DNA from: Eledone cirrhosa | Taxonomy: Eukaryota | NCBI GenBank assembly: GCA_964016885.1 | Contig: OZ024741.1 | Location: 151,652,001 to 151,716,000 of the forward strand | DNA: 64,000 nt | Direction of reading: 5' to 3' | Shown: positions 15,555-29,798 of the stretch, piece by piece | Layout: every line of letters starts with the position of its first letter | Position numbering within the stretch: position 1 is the stretch's first letter | Notes under the pieces: generated by a model | Seen by the model: the letters and a program-made list of their open reading frames with translations, nothing else | Told to the model about the DNA's origin: nothing | Database searches by the model: none | Program-made: the position numbers and the translations under genes

Positions 15555-15736
15555 AACCTCCCAGTCCACACTGTAAACGTGGTTGGTGTTAGGAAGGGCA
15601 TCCAGCCGTAGAAAACCCGCCAGACAGTCCTATACGAGCAGGACAACCAATCTTGCCTCAAGTAGGAAAACTCCCGTCCAAACCCATGCAAGCGTGGAAG
15701 ATGGACGTTAAACGATGATGATGATGATGATAATGA

Positions 15737-15740
<4 letters not shown>
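15555..15740 (+). mobile_element. SINE 3' portion (family C) with (GAT)n tail
   Basis: GTGGTTGGTGTTAGGAAGGGCATCCAGCCGTAGAAAAC...CCCATGCAAGCGTGGAAGATGGACGTTAAACGATGATGATG is recognisable as a SINE/RTE-type 3' end. Confidence 0.6.
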
Positions 15741-15811
<71 letters not shown>

Positions 15812-16198
15812 TATACATACATATTAATGTATATACCTGTGTTTTTGTCTAATATTGCATCTACGCAGAGCAGCGAAGCCAAACATCACCCTTCTATAAA
15901 ATTAGTTTTACGCTAAATATACCTCTTTAATTATATATTTTAAAGTTAGAATTTCATCTATTGGTCATGTTTTTATTAACATTAATTAATATTCCTTCGA
16001 CTATATTTCCGTAACTCTCCAAATGATTGCATATGCACACAGGTGATAAGTTGAAGCCAAGCCGCCAGAGGTCTCAGTATCTAGAGCCCCTCTCCAACAT
16101 GGTAAACGACCGGGATCGACTGAATAGAACTAGATGATATCCTGATATGTGGAACTATGTATGCACCAGCCAACAAATGAGGATGGTGATAATGTGTG

Positions 16199-16314
<116 letters not shown>

Positions 16315-17031
16315 AATATATATATATATTTCGTTTCTGAATTTGTTTAGCAAGATTCTTTATCTGAAATCGTGTGTTGAAACCGATATTGTTATACTTT
16401 GGGAGGGTCATGTTGCCAATAAGAAACACACGCACCAGTTGCTTTCACTTCAATTTATTATAATAAATTTATAATAAATTTATAAATTTATAAATTTCTG
16501 GTTGGTATATATGCATACTACTGTACGTCTGTATACATATATGTATACATATATGTATGTACGTATACATACATACTTACATTTAAGTAAGTGCCGTACT
16601 AAGAGTGAGAAATGAAATTTCGTTTCATCCTATTTCAACTTATCGTTTTCGGTGCGCCTGGCCGACTGAACTCACTCGATATGCAAATTAGGCTGCTCAG
16701 CCGTTAATTTTAGGAAAGTATATACTTTCGAACGTTCAACCATCTGGCAGAAGGGTATACGGTGCTGATGATAGCTAAGAAGCTTGAAACTAGTACATCG
16801 TTCCTGTGTCAGTGTTGAACAAAAAGGTGACGTGGTTGCCTTAACACAGTACGGCATAATCAGGCTGCCGTTTGTTTACAAACGGACAAAGCGGGCGTTA
16901 TAATAAACGTCCGCTAAACTGATACGTACATATATGTATGTGTACCTGTATGTATATATATATATATATATATATATGCATACTACTGTACGTCTGTATA
17001 CATATATGTATGTACGTATATGTACATACTT

Positions 17032-17123
<92 letters not shown>

Positions 17124-17144
17124 TTATTCTTTTATTATGACCAG

Positions 17145-17331
17145 GGCGGTGGATTGTCAGTATCGGTAGAGGGTCGGACGCCATGCTTTGACACATAGAG
17201 TTACGGCCCTTGCCATTCTGAGTTCAAATCCCGCCGAGGTTAACTTTGCCTTTCATCCTTACGGGGTCTATAAAATAAAGTACCAGTAATGTACTGGTAT
17301 AATGCTGGCCTTGTGCTTAAAGTAGAAACAA
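17145..17331 (+). mobile_element. SINE family A
   Basis: Full-length match to 2083-2266. Confidence 0.85.
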
Positions 17332-17414
17332 TGATGTCTAAACAATGATTCTCTTGCCTAGTGATTCTGTGGACGCACAGCTGAAACAGCAAAGTAACAA
17401 GACTCAACACTCAA

Positions 17415-17590
17415 TACTTTTGGCACAAGGCCAGCAATTACCACGTACATTACTGCTACTTTATGTTATCGACCCCCGTAAGGATGAAAGGAAAAGTTAG
17501 CCTCGGCGGGATTTGAACTTAGAATGGCAAGGGCCATAATTCTATGCGTCAAAGCATGGCGTCCAACCCTCTACCGATACTGCCAATCCA
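17415..17590 (-). mobile_element. SINE family A, tail-to-tail with 17145-17331
   Basis: Reverse complement of family A. Confidence 0.85.
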
Positions 17591-17677
17591 CGTAAACATA
17601 ATATTGAATATTCAGGCTCTCCTTCACCAATGTCACAGATATATACATACATTCATACATACATACACACACACACG

Positions 17678-17790
<113 letters not shown>

Positions 17791-18262
17791 AATAGTGTTA
17801 TCGCTCTATATGGCTGAATACAAGACATGTGTATCTGAGTTTTTCACAAGAGCCAGAATGCGTGGTAATTCTACTCACATGGCTTACAGAAGCTGTTTGT
17901 ATAATTGCTAACGAATTCCAATATTATTATTAGCATTGGAAAAACTCATATATATATATATGTTATCCATACATACACATATATATGTATATTCACTAGC
18001 CTTGTTACTTTGTCATATTACACCATAAATCGCCTAATAGATTACAAGCAAAAGACTATATTTTGTAGAGCTTCATTTATAAAAAAACTATATTTAGGTG
18101 TAATTATGTACAGTATATTAGAAGTAAGCATTACAAGCATATATGTTTATATTTATGTTATATTTATGTCTTCTGGTGGTTGGGGAAAGTGGTAATTTTC
18201 AGGATGGCCATTGGCCAAGGGACTTTAAGGGTAATGGGAAAATGTTTCCATTACCATTACAA

Positions 18263-18360
18263 GGGGGTCTGATGAGCCGCGGATAACAGAGTCGGGTCAG
18301 ATCGATACATATCGAACCTTGAGTTTATCAGTGGCGAAACGCGCGTTAGCAACCAATAAA
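18263..18360 (+). ncRNA. Hammerhead core with long stem II and palindromic stem III; stem I degenerate
   Basis: CTGATGA (18269) GCCGCGGATAA...TTATCAGTGGC GAAAC GCGC GTT, including the perfect palindrome AACGCGCGTT; AATAAA at 18355. Confidence 0.65.
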
Positions 18361-18435
18361 CGTAATGAAGGAGTAAGCAACCGTCCTTGTTATTTTATTT
18401 CACTATATATATCTATCTATATATGTATGTGTGTG

Positions 18436-18485
<50 letters not shown>

Positions 18486-18489
<4 letters not shown>

Positions 18490-18680
18490 AAAAGGTATGA
18501 CCCCGATTGCAGAGCTCAAGCCGTTTCGACGGCTATTTCTAGACTGAAATAGCCGTCGAAACGGCTTGAGCTCTGCCGTCGGGGTCGGTCATACTTTTTC
18601 CTATTACCCACTCTACTACCCTAAGTATTGAGTACTCTGGTGCGTTATGGTCCATCTGGTTCCTAACCACATTTCCTTCG

Positions 18681-18683
<3 letters not shown>
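18486..18683. repeat. Family Y short repeat in (TA)n, containing a palindrome of about 115 bp
   Basis: 18487-18538 is inverted at 18546-18603. Other copies lie at 10316-10394, 40202-40345, 44738-44835 and 47676-47785. Confidence 0.85.
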
Positions 18684-18739
<56 letters not shown>

Positions 18740-18740
<1 letters not shown>

Positions 18741-19440
18741 AGCTGTTCTGTTTTTCGAATCAACTGGAACTTTCGTCGTCAGAACTGCCGGTTGTCCAAC
18801 AAACACACAAGACACATCTTGATATTGAAATGAACGAAAAGCTACTTGTAGCAAAACACTCGTAAATTTGCTGTTTATCAAAACGCCGTGTTTCAACAAA
18901 CAAGACTTAATTTGCTTTGATGACACATATATAAACAAAGCTTTCTGTTACTGTTCCCTCTCTGCTCTTAGACACTGTGGCAGCCTACTATTGTATTTGG
19001 TGCCAATCATACCAACAAACAGATCGGTAAAGCTGCCTCTTTTTCCACGCATTCACTGTAATGCATTCATTCACAAACTCTACCCCATCTATACATATGC
19101 GGTTTGTTTCTTTGCTTGTCTGTATCAATGACTTGGAGTGTTTGTCACTTTCGTGATTGCAGTCTCACATCAACACACGACGAAACATGCAACCGACACA
19201 AAACTACCAACATCTCTGCAAATACTAATCTATCTAATAAACTTTATATATTCGTTTGATGTTGCTGATTCCTTTCTTTTTATATCACTTGTTGGTGTAA
19301 AGAAAGCAGCAACAGCGTTGATCCAGTGCACATGCTTCATAAATTAATACAATAATTCTATGTAATGAGTGATTACACAAAAGATGCCAATAATCAAATC
19401 TGTTTGCCTTATGAATAAATGTTTATCAATTCAATAAAAG
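18740..19440 (-). mobile_element. Possible highly decayed piggyBac-like transposase remnant
   Basis: Minus-strand RICIDGVEFVN resembles YN..MGGVD..D; no intact ORF. Confidence 0.25.
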
Positions 19441-19449
19441 CCTCTCTAT

Positions 19450-19985
19450 CGGTGTAGCTATAATTACATTGTCATGATCAAACCGCCACCCTCCTTCAAT
19501 AACGAGGGAGAGGCGGTTTTCCTATGTGTTATGGCTATGGTGAAAGGGGTTATATGGTGGACGAGGTTAAAAGGGCTGAGGTCAGACACCTTTCTCTCCG
19601 GCGAGCAACTGATTCGTTTTTTCAAATATCATTTTGGAAGAAGAATCAGGATAGAGAGAGAGGTGCTGTACCCCAGCAAATTTTATAAAAGGTGGGTGAA
19701 TGTGGCAAAGATGGCCCGAGTGGTTGGGCCTTCTCTCTATATAAGCCTGTAGGTTGAGGAAAAAGAGGAAGCGAGGAAGGGAGTACTCACTCTTGGTTCT
19801 CCTGGAGATGAGGGTTGTACATTTGTTCGGGGTGTGTACAACCCCTGTGTAACACCTCCCCCCTATTGGGGATTTCAATTGTTATTTGTTATTTTATTAA
19901 TAGTTTTATTTTCATATACCTGTATGTAAACTCCCCATTTGTGTTCGTCCCTTTCTTTTGTACCCTTGTGGATATTAAAGAAATT
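19450..19985 (+). mobile_element. Tx1/L1-clade LINE 3' end fragment
   Basis: ORF 19474-19752 (DTFLSGEQLIRFFKYH..RIRIEREVL..KF..RWV.V) is homologous to ORF 57201-57386; a T-rich 3' UTR follows. Confidence 0.75.
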
Positions 19986-20099
19986 TAGATTTATCCTTGT
20001 ATCTAGCTATATAACATCCTGTCTCTATCTTTCAACATCTGTACACACACTGGGACACACACACGTGCACACACACTCACACACATGCACACAGAGAGA

Positions 20100-20140
<41 letters not shown>

Positions 20141-20417
20141 GTGTGTATGTATGTGTATTCGAGTGTGTGTCTAATACAACCGGGCGTAGAAACAAACATT
20201 AACTGAGAAAGTACTGAATACGTATTAAATGTTAATTGTACAAGAGAAATGTCTATGTGTGTGTATGTAAGCATGTGAGTGCGCATATACACATACGCAC
20301 ACACTACAAACTTTCGCACATACCCACATATGTACATATACACGTACGTACATTCATTCCTACATGCATACATATATACGCACGTACATACATATATATG
20401 TACGTACATACATGCAT

Positions 20418-20828
20418 ACATGGTGGCTGCTAACTCGTTTTCGAGTACGGCCACTACTTTATATCCATGTAGGAGAACCCCTACCGATGCGCTGAACGAG
20501 TGTGACTTTTTAGTCCAGCCGACTTGAAAACTCTGGCACAAACACTACACTTGTGACAATTATTGACATAGTGCTGGGCTCATGGTACCATGTGACGACA
20601 AGTGCAGAGAGATCTCCAGATATAAAGCAATGCCTGTGCCGTGAAGCTTTTATAGTGAGCAAAGACACTGCACAAAGCCAGTCCCACCCTCTTAACCAAG
20701 ATGATATTTAGCAAAGAGAAGAACAAGTCAACATCATTGGATACCATCAGGGTTGCAGGTGTTATATCAGAGTTTTCCTTCTCCTAGAATTCTGCCTTGA
20801 CAAAGACTAAGGGGTCATCTCTCCCGTG
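20418..20828. repeat. Conserved module in a (CATA)n tract, probably a LINE 5' leader with an internal inversion
   Basis: 20418-20565 is the reverse complement of 31648-31797, 20760-20826 matches 31486-31552 and 24055-24115, and 20625-20790 is related to 48105-48270. Confidence 0.7.
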
Positions 20829-20947
20829 ACATGCATACATACATACATACATACATGCCCACTCATAAATAAATAAATAACTGCATACATACATGCATAC
20901 ATTTATACATACATACACACATACATACATACATACATACATACATG

Positions 20948-23737
20948 TAAAAATGAAAAACGCCGATACCTGAAGAAGTTAGATGAGAGAAAAGATTCAG
21001 ACCAAACCAAACATCAGTCTATAGAGATATGAAGGGCAAAATAATCAGTATCTCTGAGGCCCCATCCCAGAAAGACATAGATTCCTTTTTGAGAAAAATA
21101 TGGTGTGAACAGAAGAATTTCAACCAAGATGCAGTGTGGCTAAGAGAAATCCGAAAGAACTATTGCTCCTACACTACAACAAAAACATACGAAATAAGTG
21201 AGGGTACCCTTGAGACTGTGATAGGAAAACTCCAAGATAAGAAAACACCAGGAAGAGACATGATTGTCGGCTACTGGTACAAAAAACTAATATTCTATCG
21301 GAGGTATCTTACTGACATCTACCAACAAGTTCTTAAGGGAGATACACTTATGCCAGAATGGTTGACATTAGCACAAACGTTACTGGTCCCCAAGAACAAA
21401 GACACCCACTTGGCAATAAACTACCGACCCATTGCATGCCAGAACCTGATGTATAAGATGTATACAGCCTGTCTGAACCTATTCCTTCAAGATCACTATG
21501 AAAATAATAACATCATCACAGATGAACAAACAGCTGGAAAGAAAGGGCTTTGGGATGTGCTGAACAACTCCTAATCAACAAAATTGCGATGTCGGAGGTG
21601 CGACAACTTAGGAGGAATATGACTACAATCTGGCTGGACTACAGGAAAGCTTTCGATTCTTGGATGATAGAGGCCCTCCAACTTGCTAAAGTCCCAGACA
21701 TTATTGTCAGAGCCATAGAGAGGCTGTCATCTTCTTGGGCTACTATCCTACTATCAGAGAGGGAGAACTCTATTTCCACTGATAAAATAAAATATTGCAG
21801 GGGTATATTTCAGGGGGACAGTCTCTCTGTGATATTATTCATCTTGTCATTAAACCCCTTGTCCTTTCTGCTCAAGAAATGTAAGGGATACATCATTGGC
21901 TCTCAGGAAGACAGAAATACGAACCTAACCCATAATTTCTTTGTGGACGATCTGAAACTCTATGCCAAGAACATGGATGGGATGAAGAAAAATGTTGACC
22001 TGGTTACAACGTTCCCAAAGGATATAGGAATGGAGTTTGGCCAAGATAAATGCTCATACATGACTGTAAAGCGGGGGAAAACAACAACCCAATCTAGCAA
22101 CATTGTCATCAATGGCCTAACTGTTTCACCGATATCTGATGAGGACTGCTACAGATACCTGGGGATAGATGAGAACATATCCTATAATGGCATCTGTTAT
22201 AAAGAACGCGTAACAGAGAATACTAAACCCGATTAAGAAAGATTTGGTCATCGGAACTCTCTGCGCAAAACAAAACAGTGGCTCACAATGTGTTTGCTGT
22301 GCCTGTCCTAACACCAACGTTTGGAATATTCAATTGGAAGATAGACGAAATCCGAGCAGTTGATGTTGGAACTCGAATAATACTGAACAACGCCGGAAAC
22401 TTCCACATCAACAGTGACATAGACCGCCTTTACTTGAAACATAAGCAGGGAGGCAGAGGCCTAACATCAGTCCAGACAACATTTGAATGTCGCATCATAT
22501 CTCTCCGACAACATCTACGAACCTCTAAGCGTAGGAGCCCGCTTCTCGAGCAAGTCTATCTGCATGAAACAGATAAGATCATGAGAGTTGGGAAGGAACT
22601 CCTTGAGAGATATTCCCTGTGTGATAATCAAAAACTCACACCCAGGGATGTCGCTCAGCAGTATCGCAGTGAACCCATGGATGAAAAACTGCATGCCTAT
22701 CAGCAAAATATCATGCATGGATATGTTGCCAGGAAGCTCCAGAGTGAGAGTAATATAGATAAGGAAAGTAGTCTATCTTGGACCAAGAACCGCTATATTG
22801 GCTCCCACTTTGAAGGATAAGTTTTTGCAATCCAGGAACAGGAGGTTAGCACGAAATACCTGATTCACAAAAGAGATAGGGATGCAGGCAAAACACCTAG
22901 ATGTGATAACAAGTGCAAACTCTGCAGAACTAACATCGAGGATATCACCCATGTCATCAGCAGCTGCCCAAAGATGTCATCGTGGTACTATCTACCTATG
23001 AGGCATGATGTAGTGGCCAAAACACTGTACAATGCAATTCGTAAAAAAGATAGCCCCGATAATAAACACATTAAAAGCTAGAACAATGTGGAAGACATCC
23101 ATGTACATAATATGAAAGAGTACTGGTGGAATGTTCCAGTAAAAATCCCAATAAAATGTAGGCATAACAGACCAGATATTATGATATGGGACAGGGAGAA
23201 GAAAACATGCACAGTAGTGGAAATTAGCTGCCCAGCAGATGCCAATATAATATCAATGATTAGTGAAAAGGAGAATATTTATGCAGAACTGATGAGAAAT
23301 CTGCAGATACTCCACCCTGATTACACCTTCAGATTTATGCCTGTGATTATTGGGGCACTGGGATATGTTAGTAACTGCCTCAATACAAATCTTGAGAAGC
23401 TAGGCTTCACAGGAACAGAAAGAACACAACTAGTTAGCAAATTACAAGTACAATCCATTAATGGAACATTAAAAATATGTAAAACATTCCAAAAATGTTG
23501 CATCTAATAACTGCATATACACATGTACAGATACAAAGCATATACACATGCACACATACAACTCAAAACATCCACATCCACACATACAATAACATCCATA
23601 TCTACACATGCAGACATACATACATATCTACCTACTTGATGTTGTGTAAATTCCAATGAGAGAGTCTTGTGTCTATGTTAGAAACCGACTCTCTCTCTAT
23701 TGGTAAAACTTTGTGAAATTATAAAACCAGAAGAAGA
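20948..23737 (+). mobile_element. R4/Dong-clade non-LTR retrotransposon (RT, CCHC, restriction-like endonuclease), 5'-truncated and disrupted
   Basis: NYRPIAC, WLDYRKAFDS, GIFQGDSLS, FFVDDLKLY, DIDRLY..GGRGL, CKLC..EDITHVISSC, RHD and NRPDI..VEISCP motifs across split ORFs 21029-23507; flanked by (CATA)n. Confidence 0.92.
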
Positions 23738-23869
23738 TACATACATACATACATATTTATAATGGTTGCATCTCGGTTCTGAGAATTGTCAACACTTGAC
23801 CTTTTCTTATACATAGGTGACACAGGCACGATATTTCAGCCCTACTAGGACTTAGATTCTTATCTGTAT

Positions 23870-24167
23870 ATGCTACAGTGAAAGAAAAACGAGAATGATA
23901 TGCTCACGCAACTCAGGGGAATATCGTTTAGATCAAGTGACGCCTGTGCTGGAAGCTTTTTTAAAGTGAAGTAAGACCTTGCACTGAACTAACCCCACTC
24001 TCTGAACAACGTTGAAACCTATCCAAAGAGAAGAATAGAGTGGCAAGTTTAACATCAGAGTTTTCTTTTTCCTAGAATGTTGTCCTAACAAGAACTATGG
24101 GTTTCTCACTCCCGGTGGGCTAACCGCCAGAACGGGCAACAAACCGATTATTTCAGTGTCCCCGTGC
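23870..24167. repeat. Diverged copy of the (CATA)n-associated leader module
   Basis: GCCTGTGCTGGAAGCTTTT...CAGAGTTTTCTTTTTCCTAGAAT parallels 20630-20800. Confidence 0.6.
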
Positions 24168-24274
24168 ATACATACATATTCACACACATGCGCACATACA
24201 TGCGCACATACATACACACATACATACACAGATACATACATAAATACCTACACACACATATACATACACACACA

Positions 24275-27200
24275 GGCAAAACGTATCAGATGTAAATTGA
24301 TACATCTAACGGAATTGAGTGATACTACAAATACAGCCCTTGTAGACAACCACCCCACCTTCACTGACAGACAAAGAGAATGGCCAGCTAAATCTAACAG
24401 TGAACAGCTCACCAACAATTTTGCTGAAATCCATCCCACTTCCACTGAAGAACAGCGAGAAAGGTCAGCTAACTCTAGTAGTAATTGTCACCACATCAAC
24501 AACGAGGCTGAAATTCATGACTCTACTGAACAAACAGAGCACCAAATACTTGTGGACACCCTACAAGTGATATGGAACGATATGTTTCGATAGATACACA
24601 GCCTTAATGTGAGTGACAGACCATACAACACCAGAATCAGTAAAGAACCCACTAAATTGGAATTGGAAGCGGTGAACGAAATAGCTGGCAATTATCTGAA
24701 GGCTATACGATCTAAAGGTGTAGAAACGACATTTGAAATGCTTAATGTTTTGTTATATGTTTCAGCTGTCACATTGCTATCATATAACACACATCTAAAA
24801 CCATGCAATCAAGATACAAACAGAAAGCCTGAACCAGCGTGGATGCGTAATTTAAAAAGCAAAATTTTGTCCCTGAGACGAAGTATCTCACACATCGCAG
24901 TCGTTATGAAATGCAACATAGAGAGCAACTTCACACGACACCAGGAAGACCTAAAATAAAAGTTAGAGAGACGATTTGGAGATACCAAATTTAAAACTTT
25001 GAACTTCAAATTACACCAGTTGAAACAACAACTCATAGCTACAACAGAAAGACTAAAATATAAGTCAACAGCACATATACGACAAGTGCTAAATAGATTG
25101 TTTGCCAGAGATCCTAAATCAGTTTATTGCAGCTTCGGCGGCAAAAGCTCAATCTCTATAAACGACACCCCTTCAAAAGAACAGGTTGAGAGCTACTGGA
25201 GATCTGTATGGCAAACGGATGATGGATTCAACAGACAAACTAATTGGCTAAAAGAACTGGAACAGGACTACTGCCAACATGTCTAGACAAAACAATATGA
25301 CATAGATGGGTCAATACTGGAAACAGCTCTACAGAAAATGTCGAATAGGAAATCGCCAGGCCCAGACCTCATTACAGGATACTGGTTGAAGAATTTCACT
25401 TTCTATCGGCAAGATTTCATACGGCTGTTTACAGAAACCATTAAAGGCACACAAGAACTGCCCAGATGGTTATCAACTGCCACTACGCTCCTCATTCCCC
25501 AAAATAGCCAAACCACCCTTGCTAAAAATTACCGCCCAATAGCCTGCCAAAACATCATGTATAAATTATATACTGGGTGCCTTAACCTGTTCTTACAAGA
25601 TCTCTGTGCTACCAACAACATCATAACACCTGAGCAAGCTGGTGGAAAGAGGGAGGTGTGGGGTTGCATAGATCACCTACTAACTAACAAAATGATTCAG
25701 GAAAAAACAACAAAGAATCGCAGAAACATGACTGTGGTGTGGCTGGACTATCAAAAAGCATTTGATAGTGTACCTCATGGGTGGATTATTAAGGCTTTGC
25801 AGTTAGCTAAAGTCCCACAACCATTGGTAGCTGCTGTTGAACGCCTGACCAAGAACTGGTACACCAATTTGATCCTTAGAGGTGAGAAGGAGCAAGTTAA
25901 GACTGATAAGATACATTACCAGAAGGGCATATTTCAGGGTGATAGCTTGTCAGTGCTACTCTTCGTTCTCTCACTGAATCCACTATCTTACCTACTCAGG
26001 AAACAAGGTGGACAAAGAAGTGGGCCCAGAAGTATCGCCCATCGTTTCTTTGTTGATGACCTGAAGTTGTATGGGCCAAATGTTAATGACATCAAGAAAC
26101 AATTGGACCTCATTACACAATTTTCAACCGACAACAAAATGAAATTTGGTGAGTCTAAATGTGCATATTTGGCAGTAAAACGTGGAAGAGCTGTGCCCTC
26201 CTCTAGAAATCTAGAGATGAACGGCCTGACAATACAACCTCTACAGTCAGGCGACAACTACAGATATTTTGGACAGGATGAGAATGTCAGATATGATGGA
26301 CACATAAATAAGGAGAGAACCAGAACTGAATACCTCAGAAGAGTAAAGAAAATATAGTCATCAGAACTGTCAGCGTACAACAAATACATTGCCCACAATA
26401 CTTATGCTGTGCCAATTCTAACGCCAACATTTGGCCTACTGAACTGGTCATTGCAAGAACTAAGTGAGATGGATGTTAGAACTCGAAAACTTCTCAGTGT
26501 TACTGGGAACTTTAACGTCAATGGTGATGTGGATAGGCTATACTTCTCACGCAAGGAAGGTGGCCGGGGTCTAAAATCAATATTAACAACATATGAGACC
26601 CGGATAGTAACACTGAAGCAACACCTTCAACAGAGGAAAAAGGTTGGCAACCATCTTGCCCAGGTTTATGAGCATGAAAAAAAATATCATTAGAATAGCG
26701 ACTGATCTGGAGGAGAGATACGGAATAAAGCCTGATATAATTCTCTCACCGAGAGAAATCGGGAGATCCTATTCAATGTTCAAACAAGATTAAAAAATTG
26801 ACCAATTTACAGAAAAAGTTGTGCATGGATACTTGAGGCGTAAAACACAGACCATAGAGGGGATAAACCACTCAAAAAGCCTGGCATGGAGTTCCGACAG
26901 GTTTATGACATCACACCTTGAGGGATATCTCTATGCAATACAGGAAAAAGAACTCCCTACCAAATATCTGCTGCACAAAAGAGGAGGGCCAGCAGCTGAC
27001 AATAAATGTAGGCTATGTAAAACAAAGATCGAGGATGTAAGCTACATTGTTGCCAGCTGCGAAAGAATGTCATCTCGCTACTACCTCCCATGAGACACGA
27101 TGGGATAGCTAGAACCATCTGGAACGCACTTCGGAAAACAAAATTAACAACAAACGAGGAAGAATATATTGAGACTAAGGAATACTGGTGGAACCTGAAA

Positions 27201-27650
27201 ATAAAAACTGCCACCAAATTAAAGCACAACCGGCCTGATATTGTTGTTTGGGACCACACATTGAAAACGTGTTCTGTTGTGGAGATCAGCTGCCCACTTG
27301 ATGTAAACGTTGTCAGAAAAATACAGGAGAAGGAAGACATCTACGGACCATTGATGAGGAGTTTACAAATCCAGTATCCAAGATACACCTTTAGCTTCAT
27401 ACCCATCATTATTGGAGCTACGGGTTATATACCAACCCGCTTGGTCCAAAGTATGACTGAACTTGGATTTGCGGACAAAAAGCGCAGCTCCCTAATTCAT
27501 AGTCTACAAATGGCTGCGATAGCTGGCACCTTCAAAATTTGCAAAACATTCTTGCGATTCAAGGGATGACAATTTCTTTTCTTTTACAACCTTGCCACCA
27601 GGAAGGTGGCCGGTCAAAACAATATACTCGAAATTAAGAGAAAGAGATAA
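24275..27650 (+). mobile_element. Second, diverged R4/Dong-clade LINE, near full-length ORF broken by stops and frameshifts
   Basis: ORFs 24609-27569: KPEPAWMRNL, KSPGPD, NYRPIAC, WLDYQKAFDSVPH, GIFQGDSLS, FFVDDLKLY, CRLC, RHD and NRPDIVV..VEISCP; ends in (CATA)n. Confidence 0.92.
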
Positions 27651-28077
27651 CATACATATATACATACATACACATATGCACATTAATAAATAGATAAATA
27701 AATAGATGAATAGATAAATAAATAAATACATTCACATACATGTACGAATTGTTATTAGAATAAGTTTTGCAAATGGCAGACGGTATTCACTCAGCCCGCT
27801 CTTTAACACAGCTCTCAAATACCAGACGACACATCATCGCAATGATTATTTTAGAGAAAGATCATTCTATTTAAATCTGTCACAAACAATAACTTGACTT
27901 TTCTAATAACCAAAACAGGCATAGGAAACAATCGTAGCAATCATTATTGTCCTCTTGAAATTGTCCGATCAATAGGCCATCGTATATTTTCACTACGGAA
28001 ATGAAGAAATACAAAAATAGTAAAAAGGAGATTTACAAAAGAAAACAGAAATTAAACGAAAATAGTGAAACATTCGC

Positions 28078-28133
<56 letters not shown>

Positions 28134-28298
28134 ATATATATGTATATATATGCACAAGCACACATATATGTATGTTTAGACATATATATATGTGTGTGTG
28201 CGTGTGTGAGTGTGTGTGTGTGTGTGTGCGTGCGTATACATACATATATGCGTGTACCTGTATGTATATGTTTGTATATATATATTTACTCACACAAT

Positions 28299-28396
<98 letters not shown>

Positions 28397-29164
28397 TGTG
28401 TGTAAGTAAATATAGAGTCGTGGGCACAGGGCTGGCTGTGTGGTTAAAACATTTGATACGCTACCGCATAGTGTTGTTGGTTAATTACATTTAATTTTCT
28501 TTTTGCAGCAATAAGCATTCAGTTTTTCAATCAATCCTCTATATATCCGCTTGTCTGAAACAGTCTGTGATATGAATAGTGTGTAATATATATACTGCCT
28601 CCAATTATCTATCGATTATATTAAAGTGCATATATCTGTGAGATAAACAACTTTGTCAGACAGCAAGTCAACATGTGGTAAAAACACAGAAGCTCTTCTG
28701 CCAAGCCATGCACCCAACAACGACTCATTTCAAAACACAGTTGAGTGAGGCTGATGAGGTAGACAAACTCTCCTGATCCGACAACATAAAATAACTGCAT
28801 ATATCACAACACCGCGTGTTTTCTACTGATGACGGGGATCACAGACCTGTGGTGACTACTGTGTGCGAAAACGTCTGGAGTGGCACCTCACCAATTGGTT
28901 ACATCAGTTCCGGTAACTTGATGATGAAGATAGTTATATCTGTAGCATAGATTGTCTTTCAGACTATCAAAAGCTGGAAGGATATGCTTGAAATTGTTTA
29001 AACTTCGCACACAACTTCAAATACAAAAACAGTACTTACAGCTATCTTAAGTTTAAAATGATTTGTAAACACTGTGTTCTAGCATAAATAATCATTACAA
29101 ATACATACACACAAACTCAAACGCATATAGACAGACGAACAGGCACACACGCGCATATATGCAT

Positions 29165-29195
<31 letters not shown>

Positions 29196-29235
29196 CATAT
29201 ATATGTTTGTGTGTGTGTGTATGTACATATATATG

Positions 29236-29306
<71 letters not shown>

Positions 29307-29732
29307 GCATACATATATAAATATGTATATGTATTATATATATATTTATACACGTATATATTAACACACCTCCCCCCCCCTCACACACACACATATATAT
29401 ATACACACGCTTGTATATATATATATCGCCAATATATCGATTTGGGGAAAATCCTGAGAAGAGTTCTATCAAACAGAATAATATAGCAGAGTCAGAACGA
29501 TAATATAATAAGATAATTGACTTAGAGGAAATCACAGGTGAAATATAAACAACGACTATATATGGGTTTAGGTACATATATGTTTGAGTGTGTGTGTGTG
29601 TATATATATATCTGTGTGTATGTGTGTGTGTGTGTGTTTGAATAAACAGATACATATCGCATATATTGTCCAAGTGTTGGTAAATTATTCGCACACACAT
29701 CCCGTCAGCAACAGAGATTAATACAATTACTA

Positions 29733-29798
<66 letters not shown>

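Noticed and set aside
28480-29090. Possible piggyBac C-terminal remnant on the minus strand
   Set aside because: Only one weak peptide resemblance; not supportable by eye.
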